Shown in pieces: positions 58,740 through 64,000 of a stretch of 64,000 nt of DNA. The position numbers were made by a program, and so were the translations under genes. The notes below the pieces were generated by a model. The model was given only the letters and a program-made list of their open reading frames with translations, ran no database searches and was not told where the DNA came from. The stretch covers positions 12,214,001-12,278,000 of the forward strand of contig CP075497.1 in the NCBI GenBank assembly GCA_021613535.1, written 5' to 3'. This DNA is from Adineta vaga. Taxonomy: Eukaryota > Animalia > Rotifera. Positions within the stretch are counted from its first letter, which is position 1. Each line of letters begins with the position of its first letter.

Positions 58740-58995
58740 GACAAGATTCACCGAGCATCATCCTAATAAGTTTCACTAACATTCAATTTAATTTATCTGA
58801 TATATAGTAACAACACAGTTATTTATTGACTAAAGATATTGTTCGTGCTATTTAAAAATGATTTGTGTAATAGTAATGTTTTCTTATCAAACGAATTACT
58901 ATCGATATAATACTGATTGAATCGTCTGAAGAGCCCTGACAAGGCAGAAACATTCGATTGTCGTGAATGTTACTATTTCTACACGCACCCACACC

Positions 58996-59268
58996 CTCCC
59001 ATTGAATTATCTTGCTGTAATCGTTTTGTTGAATTATGTAAACAAGTATTATTCGTTGTTTATCGTTATTCACTTGAAGAAAAAGATGAAAAACAAAAAC
59101 AACAACAAAGTGAAGGAACAACAGTCGCAGTTATTGGTTAAATATATATTTCTTTTCTTTTTCCAGTTATTACACACTTCGTTTTCTGTTTTCCAACTTT
59201 CTATAATTAACAAATCATTTCAATATGTGAAGAAGAAAAAAATACGAAAATAATGCATATCAAATGTT
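58996..59268 (+). pseudogene. Duplicate of TTLL7 last-exon end and 3' UTR
   Basis: Near-identical to 55522-55780 ([45 protein letters not shown]-stop plus UTR). Confidence 0.92.
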
Positions 59269-59738
59269 TGTTTTCACGAAGAAAAAAACGATTCTTCTCA
59301 TTGTATGAATCAACGAAATTTTCTCTGATGTATATCCAAGGTCTCCTATCTTCGATAAAATCTAATCTAATGATGAATAATTAATTATTTTGAGACCAAC
59401 GTAAAGATTGAAATCATTGAATCATATATTTCCTTTTCTCTCTCTCTTCTTTCTCGAAAGTTTGATCAAACTAAATCATGATATAATCTGGCATATGATA
59501 TCGATATGAAGCGTATCGTACTTGAACTGACTCTACTTTTTGCCCATCGGTCAAATTACAATGAGAGAAAAAAGACGTACATATATCTAATCGATTATCG
59601 TTCAATCAATGTTCACCTTGATATTCTGTTGCTTGAACGACGATAAGAGTAGAATGTACCAAACTAGTATTACATAAATATTCACCTGTACTTTTTTTTC
59701 ATTCATTTTTTAAATCCATTGATAAAATATTCGCATCA

Positions 59739-60098
59739 ATGTTTGCTTATCAACATTATGATCCAATTATTCTTTCAAGTTCTTGTCCACAATCATCTTC
59801 ACTTGTAACATGTGCATTTCGAATTGGTGGAAAAATTGATCCCGAATTTTTACTTCAATGTCAAATAACTGATAAGATCTTAGAGAAAAAAATTGATCAA
59901 TTAAAATCGACTCCAATCAATTATGAACTCTTACCATCATCGAATTCGACATTTGAAGAAGAGCTTTTTCTTGATATAGATTTACAAGATACAACATCAT
60001 TTTTTAATCGATTGGACTTTCAACATTATAATTCATGGTTAATTAATTCCAATTGTTGGAATATGATCTATTCATTTAATGACGATTTAATCATTTAA
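59739..60098 (+). CDS. Short hypothetical protein or gene fragment
   Basis: 119 aa ATG-initiated ORF with host-like codon usage; no family recognised. Confidence 0.35.
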   Translation: MFAYQHYDPIILSSSCPQSSSLVTCAFRIGGKIDPEFLLQCQITDKILEKKIDQLKSTPINYELLPSSNSTFEEELFLDIDLQDTTSFFNRLDFQHYNSWLINSNCWNMIYSFNDDLII

Positions 60099-60414
60099 AT
60101 AGACTAAAAACATACATTTCTTTTTATTTGAATATTCTTATCAAAAATGATCTTGTTCTTTTGATATTTACCTTGAAATAAAGAAAACATAATCCTTGAA
60201 CAGTAGAATATGTCATCTTACGGTCTGCATGTTTTTGAAAACGATACGACTTCGAAAGCTTTTTTTTTCTCTCTTCGTTTTTTTCTCTTCTTCTCTCCTA
60301 CAATCGATAGTGACATGCTTGAATAAGCACTATGTGTAATTTATTCGCTTTCGGGTTTTTTTGCTTCATATAACTCGTCACACCTCAACATTTATACAAA
60401 CCACAAAATACATA

Positions 60415-61384
60415 ATGTCGTTGAATGAGCTTGTTGATATGTATAACCAAAAGTTAAATTATAATGGTAGTCGATCAACAATTGCAAGTGATCCATCACA
60501 TCATACACCTCAATCAACATTTACAATGAATAATGGAATGGATTCAATGACTGATCCAGGAAATTCTATGCCAGATACTTCAGATTTTTCTTATACACAG
60601 AATGCGACGTCTGCATTATTATTTGACACAGATACATCACGTTTTCATTTAAATGATCGTGTACTTGCTGGAGAAGTTGTTCGTCCACCTCCACATAATG
60701 CACAACCACGTATTGAACGAATAAAACATGCGGATAAATTAGAATTTTCATCAGGTGAAGCTGATATTGCAGATTATGAAAATAATGAAGAATATACAAC
60801 AAAATATCCCGATATCAAACCACAATTAAATATCATTAATGCTCAACAAGCACAAATTCCACCTGTCGATATGTTTACTAATCCAGGTGAACAAATTCAA
60901 CGTTTAATACAACAGGGAAAATTAAAAAATTTCCATGGGTAAAATAAAAATGAAAGTAATTAATCTTTCTCAAGTAAAAAACCTATTCATTCTCTTTAGT
61001 TATATTAATTATCCATATAATTATCTTGAACCTCCTTGGCATTATACTGAAATGGAAGAACAACAAGGTTATGTTAATCATAATCCACCACGATCATATT
61101 TAACTGCAGAAGAAATTCAAACCAATTCAGGTGATGATCCAAGTGAGATTGAATTACCTCATGGAGTTCCTCAAGAACCCATTTCACAAGATCGTTATGA
61201 AATAATACCCTTACCGAAAATGGTCTATGAAAATTATGTTCCATTAATTGCAACACGTCGAATTGTTTATCGTCGACCTCCATCTGGTCGTCCATCTACA
61301 GACTCATCTTTTCAACAAATGCAAAGTTCATCGTTAACAGCTTCGAAATTACCTGAAGTCGATGAAATGACATATAAATTTTAG
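60415..61384 (+). CDS. Hypothetical Pro/acidic-rich protein, two exons
   Basis: ATG at 60415 (MSLNELVDMY); GT-AG intron about 60939-60998 joins ORFs 60361-60942 and 60935-61384. Confidence 0.7.
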
Positions 61385-61408
61385 AGAGAAAAAAAGAACG
61401 AAATTTTT

Positions 61409-62476
61409 TTAAACTGATTTTATTTCTCGAAGTTTTTCAACGAACATTTTCTCTTCTTTTCCTATATGTTCAATTGGTAAAAGTAATTCATTTATCATAT
61501 CTTCTATTGGTTTTGCACATTCTTCAACTTCAATGGTAAATAATATTTGATTAAGTACAGTCAAATAACAATAAATTTCTAATAAATTCCATTCATTTTC
61601 GGTTAATAACATTCCTCTTTCATTTTGATATACTGTTAAAAATTCTTTTGCATAATCTATATTAAATTTCGATCCAATTCCACACCATAAACATAATGTC
61701 ATTGCAATATCAATTAATAATGGACCAATATACATATCATCAAAATCTAAAACAGCTGCAATTTTCTTTTCAGTTGAAGCAAAAAGAACATTATCATCAT
61801 GAAGATCAGCATGAATATAACCAATAGGTAAATCTTTTTCAAGATTTTCTTGAAAATGATCTTGTTCAATTTTATCACTAATTAAAGGAATTGATTTCAT
61901 AGAATTATCAGTGATAATACGTATTCGTTGATATAAATCGGGATATTCTTTTTGAAATTCTTCACAAGAATGAACAAGTTCATATTTTATTTTAACAAAA
62001 TTAATTGTACGTCGTGTAATTGATGTTAATTTGTATTGATTTGTTTGAATATTTGAATGCATACGACCAAGAAATCGACTTATTTCTAAAGTTTGCCATA
62101 ACTGACGTGTAGGCGTTGCAGGTGTATCTAAATATTTAATTCCTTCAATAAATGGGAAAATTGCACAATAACTTTCATTATTTAATGGAAATATTCCAGG
62201 TGGATCAATAGCAGGTGCCACCGAAAGATGAAGTTCATTGAAGAGATAGGCAATAAAATTTAATTCAAATTGAATATATTCTAAATTTATTGGTCTTAAT
62301 GTACTTGGGAGATATTGACGAAGAATATAAGTTTTCCCATTTGGTTTTGTTTGAAATTTCAATGTCAAATTTGTCCATCCATTGGTTAATTGTTCAATTG
62401 GTGATGCAAGTTCACCTAATGAATATTTAGTCAAGATTGAAGCAAGTTGATTAGAAATTATTGTACTGTCGGTCAT
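61409..62476 (-). CDS. APH/choline-kinase-fold phosphotransferase, homoserine kinase type II-like
   Basis: Intronless; LTKYSLGEL, GWTN, YILRQY, FELNF..YL, LGRMH, LPIGYIHADLHDDNVLF, VLDFDD, DIAMTL..WC. Confidence 0.88.
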   Translation of the reverse strand: MTDSTIISNQLASILTKYSLGELASPIEQLTNGWTNLTLKFQTKPNGKTYILRQYLPSTLRPINLEYIQFELNFIAYLFNELHLSVAPAIDPPGIFPLNNESYCAIFPFIEGIKYLDTPATPTRQLWQTLEISRFLGRMHSNIQTNQYKLTSITRRTINFVKIKYELVHSCEEFQKEYPDLYQRIRIITDNSMKSIPLISDKIEQDHFQENLEKDLPIGYIHADLHDDNVLFASTEKKIAAVLDFDDMYIGPLLIDIAMTLCLWCGIGSKFNIDYAKEFLTVYQNERGMLLTENEWNLLEIYCYLTVLNQILFTIEVEECAKPIEDMINELLLPIEHIGKEEKMFVEKLREIKSV

Positions 62477-63570
62477 CTTCAATATGGTTTACTGTGATGT
62501 GGTAATTACACGTCTGTGTCACATTCGATGTAATAAATCTATTATACACATTGAGTTCTTATCAAAACGAAAACGAAAAAGAAAGCTTATCAATGTTCTC
62601 TTTCTCGTAGAGAAGAGTGTGCTGCAAGAACAAATTGTTTTGTCTGCCTACATTTTATCTATTGGTGGTAAAACAGTGTAAAAATAAAACATCGTAGGAT
62701 AATCAGAGTCAAGCAGAGCGAATCTGGTGTTAGCTATTAAGAATTCTATAAATAAATAGTTTAACGATGGTTTGAAAAAGCAATTACTAGGAGAAAGATC
62801 TGGGCGACTCCTCGGACGGTCGTTACTTTGTTCGATAAATACTAGCGATATCTATTTTTATTAAAACCATATGTGTATAATTGAATCCCAGTATACTCAA
62901 TTATTCAGTTTTAGTCCTTTCAAAGGTATTAGAGGGATCAGTATTTTGAGAATGCTTCGGAAGGCGTGAAAAAAGTTAACTTTCGCGTTTGGTACTACTG
63001 ACTATACAAAAAGTATCAATACTAATTTTAGTATTGTTATGTACTATACTGATATCTATAAAATGCATTAAACTTTCAGTGGGTTATTAAATGAATGACC
63101 TACACAAATTTTCTCTACGTTCATAAAGATTACGTTGAGTAGTTTTTATTTGATATTTGCAAATGAAAAAATTCCGAACACACATGATAAGTTATATATT
63201 GACTATGATTCTACCGAATAATTGTTATTGTTCTTCGGATAATTCAATGGAATGAACGGGAAAGAGTGATTAATTTTCTAGTACTTCTTTTCATACCAAT
63301 AAAAGTATTTCAACGATTTTGGTTTATCGAAAGCGACATCTATCACAATATAAACAATAAAATTGATACAACTTTAAATCTTTGAAAATGATCATAAAAC
63401 AAAAATCAATATGAATTATTTCTTTTATGATTTTAAAATAACGTAAATCGACAATTGGTTCTTAGCATCTTCTTTCTTTCAATGGAAATGACTCATTCTT
63501 TTGTCGTTTTATTAAATATTTCTCTTTCGTCAATGAATGCACGCGCTTTCGAATAAATCATCTCAAATCA

Positions 63571-64000
63571 ATGATAACTATGGATGATCCTTATCAATAT
63601 TCGATGGATGATTCAATCTCCAATACACCGCGAACACGGAGTTCAAGTCGAAATGGTAAAGCATCCACTAATAATACGAAAAAAAATGTTCCAAAATCTG
63701 CTCAACAACGTATTGTTACTCGATCATCACAAAAATCTCCTATAACGCCAATAACTGATGAGAGTGATCATTCATTTATGTCAAATATCAATTCCGGATT
63801 TTCTCAATTTGTTAATCCAAAAAAGAGACAACATGACGAAAAAAAGAAGACAATCAAACGACCTAAAAGTATTTATTAATCATATTTTTTCATTTAATTT
63901 TATCCATTTAAACTTCTTCTAGTAACAACAGAGAAAGATGAAAATCAGCCACCAAATGAAGAAATTCAAGCAATTGAACAAGTTAAACTTATCTATGAAA
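63571..64000 (+). CDS. 5' end of a multi-exon gene (Ser/Arg/Lys-rich N-terminus), partial
   Basis: ATG-initiated exon, GT-AG intron about 63869-63922, second exon open to the window end. Confidence 0.6.

Noticed and set aside
62889-63051. Possible Tc1-like MITE with CAGTATA ends
   Set aside because: Inverted match is only about 7 bp, with no TA target duplication
1-64000. CRISPR arrays, rRNA, autonomous transposase or reverse transcriptase, bacterial contamination
   Set aside because: No repeat-spacer arrays, rRNA-like sequence or DDE/RT motifs seen; foreign-looking genes are interspersed with intron-rich metazoan genes

Overview
AT-rich eukaryotic DNA with compact genes and many ~50-60 nt GT-AG introns. 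The gene content (expanded near-intronless class A GPCRs, an ART-TPR protein, an F-box/LRR-like protein, several intronless foreign-looking enzymes) strongly suggests a bdelloid rotifer; this is an inference, no search was run. Conventional genes: two tandem GPCRs plus a third GPCR, a tandem-BRCT protein, NOC2L, a neuronal calcium sensor, a ubiquitin-like protein, a filamin-repeat protein with a tRNA-Ser(AGA) inside an intron, CFAP36-like, NRF-6-like acyltransferase and TTLL7-like polyglutamylase. Horizontal-transfer candidates: a fungal-type GT69/CAP59 mannosyltransferase, a GNAT and an APH/homoserine kinase type II-like protein. The most unusual stretch is 9.4-21.6 kb. It holds an intronless dynamin-like GTPase fused to a T5orf172/GIY-YIG nuclease, a catalytically degenerate eIF4A paralogue, an ADP-ribosyltransferase-TPR protein, a BRCT protein and an HNH nuclease interrupted by one stop, and may be a defence-island-like cluster. 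The window also carries several local DNA-level duplications of gene fragments (NOC2L twice, filamin plus tRNA, TTLL 3' end), one joined to a telomere-like CCCACA tract, and several MITE-like remnants.
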